Source of the DNA: Candidatus Kapaibacterium sp.
Lineage (GTDB): Bacteria > Bacteroidota > Ignavibacteria > Kapaibacteriales > UBA2268
NCBI GenBank assembly: GCA_963665665.1
Contig: OY762428.1
Coordinates: 5,024,001-5,088,000, forward strand
Reading direction: 5' to 3'
DNA: 64,000 nucleotides
Shown piece after piece: positions 28,871 to 39,700 of the stretch. The stretch's first letter is position 1; each line of letters begins with the position of its first letter. Below the pieces are notes generated by a model. It was not told the origin of the DNA. It saw only the letters and a list, made by a program, of their open reading frames with translations, and made no database searches. The translations under genes and the position numbers were made by a program.

Positions 28871-29827
28871 CTATTCCTCGATACAAATTTCTTTCTTAAG
28901 CATCAGCCTGAATGTACTAAAAATAAGGTAAGCAATAAGGGATATAAGCATAACTGCCATAGCCGTTGCAATATATTTATAGGCATCGGTTCCGGTTTCG
29001 TGATACATCAGCACAGAAGCCAGGCTGAATGCTGCAATAGGGAAGGAGTATGCCCACCACGACAGGAAAAACTTAATTCGTTTGAACATCCTTATTTGCG
29101 ATAACAGTAATATTACAAGAAACATTGCAAAGAAATATAGAATTTTTCCGAATGCGTCAATCTCTCCCGTCAATTTTACATAAGAGATAAGCCCGACAGC
29201 CGGAGGTGCTATCAATATGAACATCGTTGGCAGAAGCTTATCCGGCAAGGGGCTGTGGAATATTATCCTGTTGAACAGGATAACCAGCAGTATTATCCAG
29301 AAGAAGAACCCAATGCTGAAAAAGAACCACGATATTTCTTCTGGGGCATGGGTTGTACCTGCCACCGGAACCAGTATATTTCCTACTGCCGGAATAAACC
29401 ATGCCGGGTTATTATGAATAATCTTGAATTCAGGATGATGTATCCACCTGCTTATTATTGCTATTGTTAAAATAAAATGCAATACTGTTCCAATATGCCA
29501 CAAAACAGATGACAATTCCATATTTACAGATAGCGTTGCCACTGATAACAAAATGAAACTGATAGAAAATGCCGGAAAGAAGCTTATCTTGATTGGATGG
29601 TGGAATTCCATCTTTATTTCATTAGGATATTTTATCAACTTAATGCCATAAGTTATTGAAAGAACAATAAAAACTGTAATGGTTAATATCAGAAATATCG
29701 TTCCGGATAAGTTCCCCAATGAAAATATTGATTCCAGCTTTTGAGTAATAATCGTTAGGCCGGAAAGTCCAAGAATAACCGAGAAAAATGATATCGGGAA
29801 GAATTTTAAACGTAAGTTTTGATCCAT
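28871..29827 (-). CDS. SLAC1/TehA (TDT) family anion channel
   Basis: FPISFFSVILGLSGL, HPIKISFFPA, NPAWFIP, IAPPAV, SWWAYSFP. Confidence 0.92.
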   Translation of the reverse strand: MDQNLRLKFFPISFFSVILGLSGLTIITQKLESIFSLGNLSGTIFLILTITVFIVLSITYGIKLIKYPNEIKMEFHHPIKISFFPAFSISFILLSVATLSVNMELSSVLWHIGTVLHFILTIAIISRWIHHPEFKIIHNNPAWFIPAVGNILVPVAGTTHAPEEISWFFFSIGFFFWIILLVILFNRIIFHSPLPDKLLPTMFILIAPPAVGLISYVKLTGEIDAFGKILYFFAMFLVILLLSQIRMFKRIKFFLSWWAYSFPIAAFSLASVLMYHETGTDAYKYIATAMAVMLISLIAYLIFSTFRLMLKKEICIEE

Positions 29828-29904
29828 GAATACCCTCATTAAAAAATGTTGTAATACTGATACAATGACGATCAAAAATTAATATTACTGTATCGGTATA
29901 TACT

Positions 29905-29938
29905 AAAAATCCCCCGATTGCGTAGCAATGCAGGGGAT
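29905..29938 (-). terminator. Probable terminator of the pilus-like operon
   Basis: atcccc...ggggat stem with an A-run, downstream of the usher-like stop. Confidence 0.55.
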
Positions 29939-29963
29939 CATCATCCAATACGGAGGTTGATTA

Positions 29964-32900
29964 TTATTTCCTTATAACCTTGATTTCAACACGGCGGTTC
30001 GCACGGCGGCCTTCAGGCGTTGTATTCCTGGAAATCGGGCTTAGTGAACCTTGTCCGCGCGGGAACAATCTATATTTTTCTATACCCTTATTTTGCAGGT
30101 ATTCCGATATTTCATTGGCCCTTTGTTTTGATTTCTCCATCGTGGCATCCAGTGATCCGAAATTATCCGTATGCCCAATAATGGCAAGTTCCGCATCCTG
30201 ATGTATTTTCATATATGCAATCACCATTTCCAGGTATTCCTTCATCTCGTCCGTTATTTTATAATCTTTTGCTTTGTTGTAGAATAGCAACTTTGGTTCA
30301 TTTGGTATAATAATCGCCGCAAGGCTGTCCTCTTTTGCACTCACCTTTACTTCTTCAGGAATATTCTCTTCGTGGCCGCTTTCCTTCTGCTCAATCGAAG
30401 CTTCAACTTCTTCCTTCATCTCATCTTTCAGGCTGTCCGGAACGAAAAGGTCACCCGGTATATCATCATCTTCTTTTTGGGCAACATCATACACTTTGGC
30501 CCCCTTCAGGAATAGGTCAAAGTCAAGGCCTTCCACGAAAGTACCCTCGGTGGTTTTCTCTACCTTGAAGTCCTTAACTTTTTCCGGGTACTCAAGGTCA
30601 AGAATAGCAAGCTGAGTAGAATCAACCCAGGCTGTATATTCCCCCGGAGGCACGCCCATAAAATAGAAGCTGCCATCCGAGAACACCGGTATCTGCTGAT
30701 AGAAGCTGCTGTCGCTCTTCATCACATGCACCTTCACGCCGGCCTGCTCGTATGCCGAATCCTTCACCACTTTAGCCACGCGCCCTTCGATAACCGCCCC
30801 TGCATAGCAGGGAATATCAATCGGCTTATACACATTCGGGTCCGCAATAAACGAGAACTCCGTAAATTCCGGAATCCACAGTGGGTTTTTGATCTGGTCC
30901 GTTCTGATATAAACATTGTACCTGTTATATGGTATCAGGTTGTAAAACTGAAGCATTCCGCCAACAGACCTTCTATTCGCACTTGCTTCAGGGATATACG
31001 CGTTTATTCCTGGTACCAGTTGTTCACCGGAATCATAAACTTCATTACCATTTTCATCAAGAAATACACGTATGTTTGCAGCGCTGCTAGCAACGCTTGA
31101 GCGTATTGATGGATTTGCGATAATAAACTCTCCCTGTGACGGAACAAAACCTAATGTACCTTCAATTTCCTGTGTATAAAATAATTCACCTTCACCGGAA
31201 CCTCGACCGGTTGTTGAAGAGCGAAATTGTGGTAAATTTAATCTTAAGCCAACATTATAACTTATTGGAGCATCTGAATATGTTAAAGACTTACTTAATC
31301 CTCCGGAAAATGATAGCCAATTTGATAATGATTGACCATAATTTAAAGTAAGCATTTGAAATTGGTTATTTGTAATATTGTAACCTGTGCCTAATGATAT
31401 TGAGGCAGGTCCTAGATGTTCGCTTAGTTTATTCATCCATGGGATTGAATACATCAAATTCGTTGAAATCATTTGAAATATATTATCAATCTTGTTTTCT
31501 TTATCCTGAGTAAAACTGATTGTGTAATAACTTGATAAATTGATTGGCCGAAGATTCATAGACATATTAGCTGTTACCATATTCGAACTTATACCAACTG
31601 TTTGATTTCTCGTTGCATTGATAGACAGATTGAAAGGGAGATTGGCTAATCTCGGTAATGTTGTTCTTAATCTAAATTGATGTCTCATACCGGTTTTGTA
31701 GCTTTGCGAGTTGTTAAGATATCTTTTCCATGATATACTATAAGAACCAAATTCTGTAAACCACATATTTGTATTCAGGTCAGTATATTGTTCCGGTACA
31801 AAATTTATGCTGGAAAAAATATTATCAGCAGCTTTGAAAGATAATGAAGTAGCAACATCAATTTTTTTTGAATAAATATTATAAGATATTGAAGATGTAT
31901 TAGACATCCAATGTGTTAGTCCGAAATTTAAAGAGCCACCGGCATATTCGAATAATTCTTTTTCCATAGAGGGCATTTGTCCTGCTCCGATAGCATATCT
32001 GATCTCTCCCGGGCGCAAGAATTGCGTAGGAATATTTATTACTTCCTGTTTAGCTTCATACTCCCCATTCGGCCCGTAATACCTAATTTCAATATTTGAC
32101 TGTCCGTAATCAACGGGTAATATGAATTTGTAATAGCCCTGCTCATCAGCAACCTGATGATCAACAAGTTGGCCGTTCTGATAAAGTTCTACTTCCCAGA
32201 ATGGGTCAATCTGATCTTCAAATGTAAAATCAGAAAAAAATGTCGGTAGTTTGGTTTGTTCGTTTGTAATTTGTATGCCGGTGAAAGCAGGCATACTTAA
32301 ATTTGAAGTCCTGAATCCACCGCCACTTAACTGACCGACATATATTTGAGACAAGTATGGATTATCACTGATGAAATACCTCCATCGGTAATTGTAATTA
32401 TAGTCCGAATTTTTGGTTTCAACGCTATAACTGCCATTTAAATTCAGTGTCATATCTCCACCAAGAATTTCTAATCCGGTAGTTGTTCCATAAGAATAGT
32501 GTCCACCTTTGGAATATTGAAGATTATATTGAAGAACGCCTCCATTTAAAAACATGAAATTTCTGTCGAACATTAATGGCAACTCTTTATCAGCCATTGA
32601 TTTTCTATCCTGGTTTAAAAAGGAATATGTTAATTTCCTTTTAATTTCTGTCAAAATTGGCAGTTCTACCATACTATTCAAATTGATTTTCAGGTTATTC
32701 ATACTTACATCAAAATCAAGGTCAAAAACTTTTTTAAAAACAGATGGAAGAACATAAACATCAAGAGCAGCCATTAAAAACTCATTTTCTTCAAAATAAA
32801 TTAAGCTATCCCGATACTTTGCCTGACCCTTTATAAAATCAATAGTAAAAGTACTATCTTTTTGGATAAAATAACCTTCGTATATTTTATTCTCGAAATC

Positions 32901-33164
32901 GGTTGTATGAAAAATTTTCAATTTTGTAATCAATTCGTCAAATGGCAGATAAATTTCGCCTTTGTAATAATATACAATTATACTACCGCTAATATAATTG
33001 GTGTATCTAAATTCAAATATTGCTTCTTCATGAGTTTGCGCATCTGGTATGACAAAAGGATTATCATCCTGAGCAATACACTCTTTCCCATAGATTAGAA
33101 AAGCAATTACTAACAATAATATTAGTATGCCTGATTTATTTTTTCCCGTATTTCTCATTTTCAA
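29964..33164 (-). CDS. Usher-like outer-membrane protein with C-terminal OmpA peptidoglycan-binding domain
   Basis: Signal peptide; EVELYQNGQLV...YGQSNIEIRYYGPNGE plug-like segment; long beta-rich region; VFLDENGNEVYD SdrD/CarboxypepD-like domains; GHTD...S..RA...NRRVEI OmpA domain. Confidence 0.78.
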   Translation of the reverse strand: MKMRNTGKNKSGILILLLVIAFLIYGKECIAQDDNPFVIPDAQTHEEAIFEFRYTNYISGSIIVYYYKGEIYLPFDELITKLKIFHTTDFENKIYEGYFIQKDSTFTIDFIKGQAKYRDSLIYFEENEFLMAALDVYVLPSVFKKVFDLDFDVSMNNLKINLNSMVELPILTEIKRKLTYSFLNQDRKSMADKELPLMFDRNFMFLNGGVLQYNLQYSKGGHYSYGTTTGLEILGGDMTLNLNGSYSVETKNSDYNYNYRWRYFISDNPYLSQIYVGQLSGGGFRTSNLSMPAFTGIQITNEQTKLPTFFSDFTFEDQIDPFWEVELYQNGQLVDHQVADEQGYYKFILPVDYGQSNIEIRYYGPNGEYEAKQEVINIPTQFLRPGEIRYAIGAGQMPSMEKELFEYAGGSLNFGLTHWMSNTSSISYNIYSKKIDVATSLSFKAADNIFSSINFVPEQYTDLNTNMWFTEFGSYSISWKRYLNNSQSYKTGMRHQFRLRTTLPRLANLPFNLSINATRNQTVGISSNMVTANMSMNLRPINLSSYYTISFTQDKENKIDNIFQMISTNLMYSIPWMNKLSEHLGPASISLGTGYNITNNQFQMLTLNYGQSLSNWLSFSGGLSKSLTYSDAPISYNVGLRLNLPQFRSSTTGRGSGEGELFYTQEIEGTLGFVPSQGEFIIANPSIRSSVASSAANIRVFLDENGNEVYDSGEQLVPGINAYIPEASANRRSVGGMLQFYNLIPYNRYNVYIRTDQIKNPLWIPEFTEFSFIADPNVYKPIDIPCYAGAVIEGRVAKVVKDSAYEQAGVKVHVMKSDSSFYQQIPVFSDGSFYFMGVPPGEYTAWVDSTQLAILDLEYPEKVKDFKVEKTTEGTFVEGLDFDLFLKGAKVYDVAQKEDDDIPGDLFVPDSLKDEMKEEVEASIEQKESGHEENIPEEVKVSAKEDSLAAIIIPNEPKLLFYNKAKDYKITDEMKEYLEMVIAYMKIHQDAELAIIGHTDNFGSLDATMEKSKQRANEISEYLQNKGIEKYRLFPRGQGSLSPISRNTTPEGRRANRRVEIKVIRK

Positions 33165-33988
33165 TTGTCTATTGTAATTTCAAACTCTTTCAATACGGGT
33201 TCAAATTCTATAGTGTTTTCTTTTGGTATATCGTCTCTTTCAGACGATACGAAAATTTTCGTCTTGTATGTTTTACCTTTTTCAAGATTTGTCGAAGGGA
33301 AGTGAAAACTTCTTAAACCACTTTGATATAAAGCTAAATACTCTGTTACTCCTGCGATTAATTCATCATCATCATTATACATTTCAACAGCCATTAACCC
33401 CCAAAACGGGGAATTTCCATTCTTTGTAAAATTTATATCAATTTTTGCGCTTGAAGTATCCATACTAAAACTTTTATATTCGAAATCGCAATTTGCATTG
33501 ATTTTTCCGTTCTGATATATTACAATGCCAACGAGTTCGGTCGCCAGAATTATTCTTGCCGATATCTTTTCTTTTACTGAATCAATCTGTTTTTCAATCG
33601 GTTTGGATGAAGCAACAAATCTTGTCCAGTAAACCTTGTTTTCTAATTTGTTGGCTCCCCTTACCATGAATCTTACAGTTTGCCGTACATTTGGTGGAAG
33701 TACCATTTTCTGTGGGAAAACTTTTATATATGGCTCAAGGTCATATTTACTTTTCCATTCTTCATCATTATAAATTAATTTTGTATGTCCGTTAGAATCG
33801 ATTTCTGAATGAGCAAATTTAAAATATACTTCCATTTCCCGCGGTTCTGAAGAAGTATTAGTTACAGTCATACTGCCCATTCTTGTTGATGGATCGATAA
33901 ATACTGCGGGTGGGTGAACGCTAACCTGAGCAGATAATTTTGTGGTATACAACAATATAAATAGCGAAAATACAAAAATCTTTTTCAT
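33161..33988 (-). CDS. PapD-like periplasmic pilus chaperone
   Basis: VSVHPPAVFI, MTVTNTS, VFPQKMVLPPNVRQTVRF match the chaperone N-domain; stop overlaps the usher-like start (TGA/ATG). Confidence 0.82.
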   Translation of the reverse strand: MKKIFVFSLFILLYTTKLSAQVSVHPPAVFIDPSTRMGSMTVTNTSSEPREMEVYFKFAHSEIDSNGHTKLIYNDEEWKSKYDLEPYIKVFPQKMVLPPNVRQTVRFMVRGANKLENKVYWTRFVASSKPIEKQIDSVKEKISARIILATELVGIVIYQNGKINANCDFEYKSFSMDTSSAKIDINFTKNGNSPFWGLMAVEMYNDDDELIAGVTEYLALYQSGLRSFHFPSTNLEKGKTYKTKIFVSSERDDIPKENTIEFEPVLKEFEITIDN

Positions 33989-34021
33989 TATATAAACCCG
34001 AAAGATAGTTTTACAAATGAT

Positions 34022-34549
34022 TTAAAAATCTCCGTAATCACAGGAGATAGTTACTTTAAATTCAAGAAGAGAACCTGTCTCTGCTTTGTCGTCAATTACA
34101 AGGGAATTTGGATAAACCCTTATATTAATTTCTCCGTCCTGGCCAAGCACCTGGTTGAAGAAATTAATTTTTTTATCTTCATTTCCTGTTGAAAATGGTT
34201 CCATATCCTGCCAGCGGTGGCCGTCCCAATATTGCCATTTTATACCTTCAAGGCTGGCATCTTTAGATTCGGTAAATATATTACCCTCTAAAAGAATCCC
34301 TTTGCCCGGTTGGCCGGAAATTTTGAAGTTCATACTGTTTATCGGACCCTCGTATTTAATCGTAGATCCCGGTACTAAGGTTCCCAAATCTACATAACTT
34401 TGCATTTCTTCAACTTGTAGCTTACTTGTAATTTTTGCTGTAAAAGTGGACGTTGCCGAAGCGCCCTGGGTTTGTTTTTGTAATTCAAGTTGAGCATGTG
34501 CCGTATTCGTTAAAAATAGAATATTTAATATTATTATTGAAATTTTCAT
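34022..34549 (-). CDS. Pilin-like subunit (DUF4402/Csu-like)
   Basis: Signal AHA|Q, alternating N-terminal strand ASATSTFTAKI, VDLG, C-terminal AETG..EFKVTISCDY. Confidence 0.68.
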   Translation of the reverse strand: MKISIIILNILFLTNTAHAQLELQKQTQGASATSTFTAKITSKLQVEEMQSYVDLGTLVPGSTIKYEGPINSMNFKISGQPGKGILLEGNIFTESKDASLEGIKWQYWDGHRWQDMEPFSTGNEDKKINFFNQVLGQDGEINIRVYPNSLVIDDKAETGSLLEFKVTISCDYGDF

Positions 34550-35205
34550 TAAAAGTTTGCCGTAGCTGTAATTGTAATATTTATTTGATAGTTGCTTGGA
34601 GCTGCTTCCGGTGAAATGTAAAGCTCATCTAAAGTAATCCTGAAATAAGCTTTATCTTCTTTTGGTCCTGTGCAACTTTGGCCTTCAATTGGAATCATAT
34701 CGTCAATCAGTAAGTCTGCATTGTTAAATGTTGCCAGTCCGGTACCTGTTAGTGCTTCCCAGTGCCATTTTCTTATCTCAATATATCCTCTTCCTGCATC
34801 TATCCTGTTTTCAATATTGCCGGTTATAGTGTAGGTTGGGCTTTGGTATTGATTAGCTCCAAACCTCCATCGAAGTCCACCCGGCCCTTCCTCATCCCAA
34901 CCGTTTCCCCATCTGTATCTGTGATGTTCGTCAAAAGATAACATCGTGAAGGTTATTTGGTTTGTGTTCCCCAGATAACCAGGGAGATCCGAATAGGCCG
35001 AACCATTGAAAAAGACACCAAGGTATGCAAAGCAGACATCCGAAAAGAAATAAATCTTTGGCTGGCACGGGTTGGGATTCGGGCAGCAACAGCTAATATT
35101 GTTTGCTGTACCGAAGCTGCCAAAATCAAAATCATTTCCGGAAGAATAGTGGAATGAAATTATAATGACTATTAATGTAATAAATATTTTTTGTGTTATT
35201 TTCAT
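34549..35205 (-). CDS. Pilin-like subunit, Cys-rich N-terminus
   Basis: Signal peptide, AYLGVF, C-terminal AAPSNYQINITITATANF. Confidence 0.62.
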   Translation of the reverse strand: MKITQKIFITLIVIIISFHYSSGNDFDFGSFGTANNISCCCPNPNPCQPKIYFFSDVCFAYLGVFFNGSAYSDLPGYLGNTNQITFTMLSFDEHHRYRWGNGWDEEGPGGLRWRFGANQYQSPTYTITGNIENRIDAGRGYIEIRKWHWEALTGTGLATFNNADLLIDDMIPIEGQSCTGPKEDKAYFRITLDELYISPEAAPSNYQINITITATANF

Positions 35206-35231
35206 TGCCTGGCCCCAAAATTAAAAACACA

Positions 35232-35260
35232 TGAAAGCCGGGAATTTTTCCCGGCTTTCA
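35232..35260. terminator. Intra-operon hairpin between pilin genes
   Basis: tgaaagccgggaa-ttt-ttcccggctttca perfect stem. Confidence 0.65.
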
Positions 35261-35270
35261 AACCGATCAA

Positions 35271-35921
35271 TTATAAATCTGTTGCAATGTTTGTACTAAG
35301 CCTTTGGACGAAAGTATATCCGCCAGGAGCAAGTTCAGAGTCTGCTGTAATTTTAAGTACTTCGCATTTGAATAGTGCAAATGAACTACATGGCTCACCA
35401 CTTACGGGAATAAGTTGAACAATATTATCCTCAAAAAAAGGTGTTCCATCATTCTGATCCCAGTTATCAGGCTCATTATATACTGTTCCATATACGATAT
35501 TGTTTTCAGTTGAATTATTAGCATCAGCTTTTAGCCATCTGATTTCAATCGAAACACGGTTATGGTCATCATCCTCATCATAAAGAGTAGTTGTACTTGT
35601 CCACACTTTATATTCAAGCTGTAGCGGATTATTTAGAACCGGATTGTAGCCAGTTCCGTAATCATAGGCTTGCCCGTATAATCCGAATTCAATAAATGGA
35701 CGATCTTCTTGGTTTACCCATTCATGAGTACTTCCAGCAAAAACATCACCTAGAATTACAGTTTGATCTAAAGGCAAGAGTGAATGAACACATACAACAT
35801 CTAAAGTAAAGGAACCATTAGCATTTTTCGGTGTAGTATTCAATGTAACTCCGCTTTGAGAGTATAGATTTACACTTCCAAACATTGCAAATATTATTAT
35901 ATATATTATGTATTTATACAT
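35271..35921 (-). CDS. Pilin-like subunit
   Basis: Signal LYS|Q, NGSFTLDVVC, ILGDVFAG, C-terminal LAPGGYTFVQRLSTN; paralog of 35974-36663. Confidence 0.68.
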   Translation of the reverse strand: MYKYIIYIIIFAMFGSVNLYSQSGVTLNTTPKNANGSFTLDVVCVHSLLPLDQTVILGDVFAGSTHEWVNQEDRPFIEFGLYGQAYDYGTGYNPVLNNPLQLEYKVWTSTTTLYDEDDDHNRVSIEIRWLKADANNSTENNIVYGTVYNEPDNWDQNDGTPFFEDNIVQLIPVSGEPCSSFALFKCEVLKITADSELAPGGYTFVQRLSTNIATDL

Positions 35922-35973
35922 TTTAAACCTTGATTTTTTTAGTATATTAACTAAAATAATGGATTTTTTTCAA

Positions 35974-36663
35974 TTAAAAGTTCTGAAGTGTTGCTGTAGC
36001 TATAAATGTCCATGTCTTGTCGCCTGGAATTGCATCACCTTTTGCACCAACTTCTGTAGCAATAACTTTGAAATGAGCAAGATGACCGCAGGCATGATTA
36101 TTGCCAGAATTTGTAGGAGGAACAATTCCATTACATGTATAATAATCAGCGCCTGTAGATGTTTCATTATGTTCTTCATAGAGAGTTGTACTACCAGTAC
36201 TTACAGCATCAGTTGTTAAAGAAACTGCTATATAAGTATCATGGTCAGTATCATCTTCAAAGAATTTTGTTCCTGTTTTTGTTCCAGTAAAAGCAGGATC
36301 ACTTGCAATATCTGGGGTTTCAATTTTTATGTCATATTTGGCCCATCCACCACCAACTGTTCCAGCTTCTTTATTTCCTGATGTTTCACCAGATGGCATT
36401 ATTTTATTGCCTTTTAAAATGAAGTCAATTTCTGAATCAACTGATGAAAGAGAATTCCATTGTCCATTTGCATAGATGTCGCCAAGTACGATATCTGCAA
36501 TTGATGCTTGATAGTCATCGCCAATACCAAAGTTCCAATCACACCAAACTTCAACATCGAAAGCACCTTGTGAAGATTTTGTCTGATTAGGAAGTGTTAA
36601 CTGTGCGAATGCGTTTGCTGTAAAAAGTACTGCGAAAAGTGCGATAGCGATAAGCTTTTTCAT
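35974..36663 (-). CDS. Pilin-like subunit (candidate major pilin)
   Basis: GGAG RBS, signal AFA|Q, QGAFDVEVWC, VLGDIYANG, C-terminal AIPGDKTWTFIATAT; first gene of the cluster. Confidence 0.7.
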   Translation of the reverse strand: MKKLIAIALFAVLFTANAFAQLTLPNQTKSSQGAFDVEVWCDWNFGIGDDYQASIADIVLGDIYANGQWNSLSSVDSEIDFILKGNKIMPSGETSGNKEAGTVGGGWAKYDIKIETPDIASDPAFTGTKTGTKFFEDDTDHDTYIAVSLTTDAVSTGSTTLYEEHNETSTGADYYTCNGIVPPTNSGNNHACGHLAHFKVIATEVGAKGDAIPGDKTWTFIATATLQNF

Positions 36664-36779
36664 TGTAAACTCCATAAAAAATTTGTAAAAAAACATTAAA
36701 AAGTATTAAGTATGAGAACAAAAATTGTTTCTCGAGTTTTGGCTGCCGTGCCCCCGGAATGGGGGGCGGGCCTCCTCTG

Positions 36780-39700
36780 TTACCTGTTCAAAAGAACTTT
36801 TCCTGATGTCGTGAAGTTCTCGCCTGTTACGCGGAATACGTAAGCGCCGTTGGCAAGGCCTTCGCCGTCGATGTATATGTCGTGCATACCCTGGCCGAGT
36901 TCCCCGCTGAAAACGTCAAGGACTTTCGCGCCGCGGCTGTCGAATAATTCAACAGTTACGCGCTGCCCCTGTGACAGGCTCAGACCAAAGCTTGTGCGGG
37001 AGACAAAGGGGTTGGGGTAAGCATCAGAAATCTGATTTTCGCCTTCACGCAGGCTGGAATGTTCGTAAATTTTCCAATCACCGCGTTTTAGGGAGTTTCC
37101 TGGGTATGTAAATCCACCATTACCGAATCCGGAATAACGCTGGTTTAGGAAGGCATATACTTCCTGAGTTCCGGCAGTATTCCAAACTGCGTCGTAAATC
37201 ATAATGTCAGCTAATTTACCGTTATAATTATCAGAGTATGTTTCGCCAGTGTTATAATCGTGATAACATGTGCGTGCGGCACCGCCAACACCGGATGCAT
37301 CATCGCGTGTAACGTCATTGGTGAAGTCTCTGCTGATACCAGCGAAATCAACCCAGTCTGAAACCACAGTAGAATGACCATTATCGTTAACACTTATAAT
37401 TCCACGAAAGCGATTATTGGTGTTATCATATTCAAGGTGAGCCAGATATACTTTGTCATGTTCATATATATCGTCATTACCTGGGTAGAATCTAATAAAT
37501 TTCTCCTGGAACCTGTTCCACATTCCGAAAACCAAGTCACCATTTTCCTGGTAAATATTATATCCTGATAATGGGCCACCAGCTTCAAACAAGCACATAC
37601 GTTCATCGGAATAATAAGGTGTTGATGGTTCTGAGTAATTAGTTTCCAAGGGTTGGAATACAACAAAAAGGTTTTTAGCTTTTGTATTGTCAGGATTCCA
37701 CTTGTCATCTTCACCTGTTGTTATTTCATCATGGGGTGAAGAATTTCCGATACCAGTAGTATGGTCGTTGGGAGAAACCATTATATCAGAATTACCATAG
37801 CCAGTATTAGTATAATCTGTTGTGAATTTTACAGCCGGGAAGCCTTCGATACCACCTGTACCAACAGCGTAGCTTAATATTGGTTTTTTCCTTGAGTCCG
37901 GAGTAACTGCATCTTCTTTGATCTGAGTATCATCAGGCCAAACTGTTACTGGAAGGAATTTCCCTGAACTAATTAGAAGTGGATTCAACCATAGAACCAA
38001 ATCATTTTCATTAGGCGGACAATAAGGATCAGTCCAGAAGAATTTTCCAGGGCCACAATTAGTCCAAGTACCACCATCACCATCAGAAAAATGATGACCG
38101 TCGCGAATTTCCGGTTCCAAAGATAGGCAGGTTGAAAATGTTTCTATAAATGACTCAGGAAATTCATATGCCATATAGTCATCACTAGCCCTATGGAATG
38201 TACATTCCTGGAATACTGTGTTCCCCTGATAACCACTGGGTACACCACTGGGTACATAACCAATATTTCCATGATCTTCTCCTCTGACAACAAATACCAT
38301 ATTTTGAAGGAAACTCTGGTCGGGTGTTGCACATGTAACAAGTGCCCCATTTCCCCAAATAACTGCGTTTTCATGATTATTAGTTGATAAGGCCGGACCA
38401 TTAAGAGTTACACCTTTACTTATTGTAAATGGTTCATATAATCCGGCTGTCAAATGGATGATACTATTTGATACATAATCAATCGCCTCGTCAATTCTTG
38501 AACCACTTATCTGATCACTTCCAGATGAAACTCCAACAACATCTTTGTTAATTTGGAATCCTGATTCTTCCGTATCTTCATCACTCGATGAATGAAGCCA
38601 AGGGGTGAAGTCCGTTTTACCATTAGTATTAGCAAATTCAATTGTATTCCTAACATCAGTATAACCAGTAAATCCCCAATAATTTTTTGAGCAATCAAGA
38701 TCATTACCGGTATTGTCAATAAGGTTTTTGCCATTATCGTTAAGATAATTTTCCAAAATGACAGCTTCTGTATTATCACCTTCACCATAACCGACATATA
38801 TACCAGTTGAATTGTGATGTATGATATTATTTTTAATCTCAACGTCTGTACCAAGCCCGTAATAATCTGTTGCTAAGATACCGGCAGATGTTGATCCATC
38901 AACATCTGCAATGCCGTAGCAATTTGTTAAAGTATTATTTGATGCGCTTCCTGTTGCACAAGCTCCAAATTCGATGCCATAATCAAGCCAATCACCATTT
39001 CCTTTACCTGTATAATTATTTCCAATCAAATTAATATTATTGGGAGCAGAAGAAAAAGTGTAAGATCCAAAATTGTCATATCCTTTTCTTACATGCATAC
39101 CGATTCTTTGAATATTGTTGAAGACACAATTTTCTACATTAATATCGTGTCCAAATATTACTATTGCTCTACCATAATATGTACCGGCTTTAATATTTTT
39201 GAACTTACAGTTCTTAATAAAACCATAACCCATGTGACAAATACACCAGTCTGTTATCTGACCTGGAGCCTGTCCATCAAATTCTAAGTCTTTTATTTTA
39301 ACATTGTTGCCTGGTTCAATTAAAAACCAAACATCAGAAGGTTTGTAATTTGCTGCTGTTGTATTTCCAGTATGAACAACTTTGCTGGTATTAGCATCAA
39401 ATCCGTATAATTTGATACTTTTATCAATCACGATCTGATTTGGTTCATTTACAGTACCATGTACATTAAGTTCATCACCAGCACTTGCTTCATCAATTGC
39501 AGGTTGAATGTTGTTGTACCATAAATTTTGGGTAACATTGTGTACTTTTTTAGTTAGCCATGGATCAAAGTCTGTTACACCAGTAGAGGCATCAACAACC
39601 CATTCACCGGCAGAAGTACTAGCATAGCTTGGCCCGTCATTTGAATTCCACCAGCAGTTTTCTGCATCAATGTTTTGGGTAGTAATGTTTTCAATACCCC

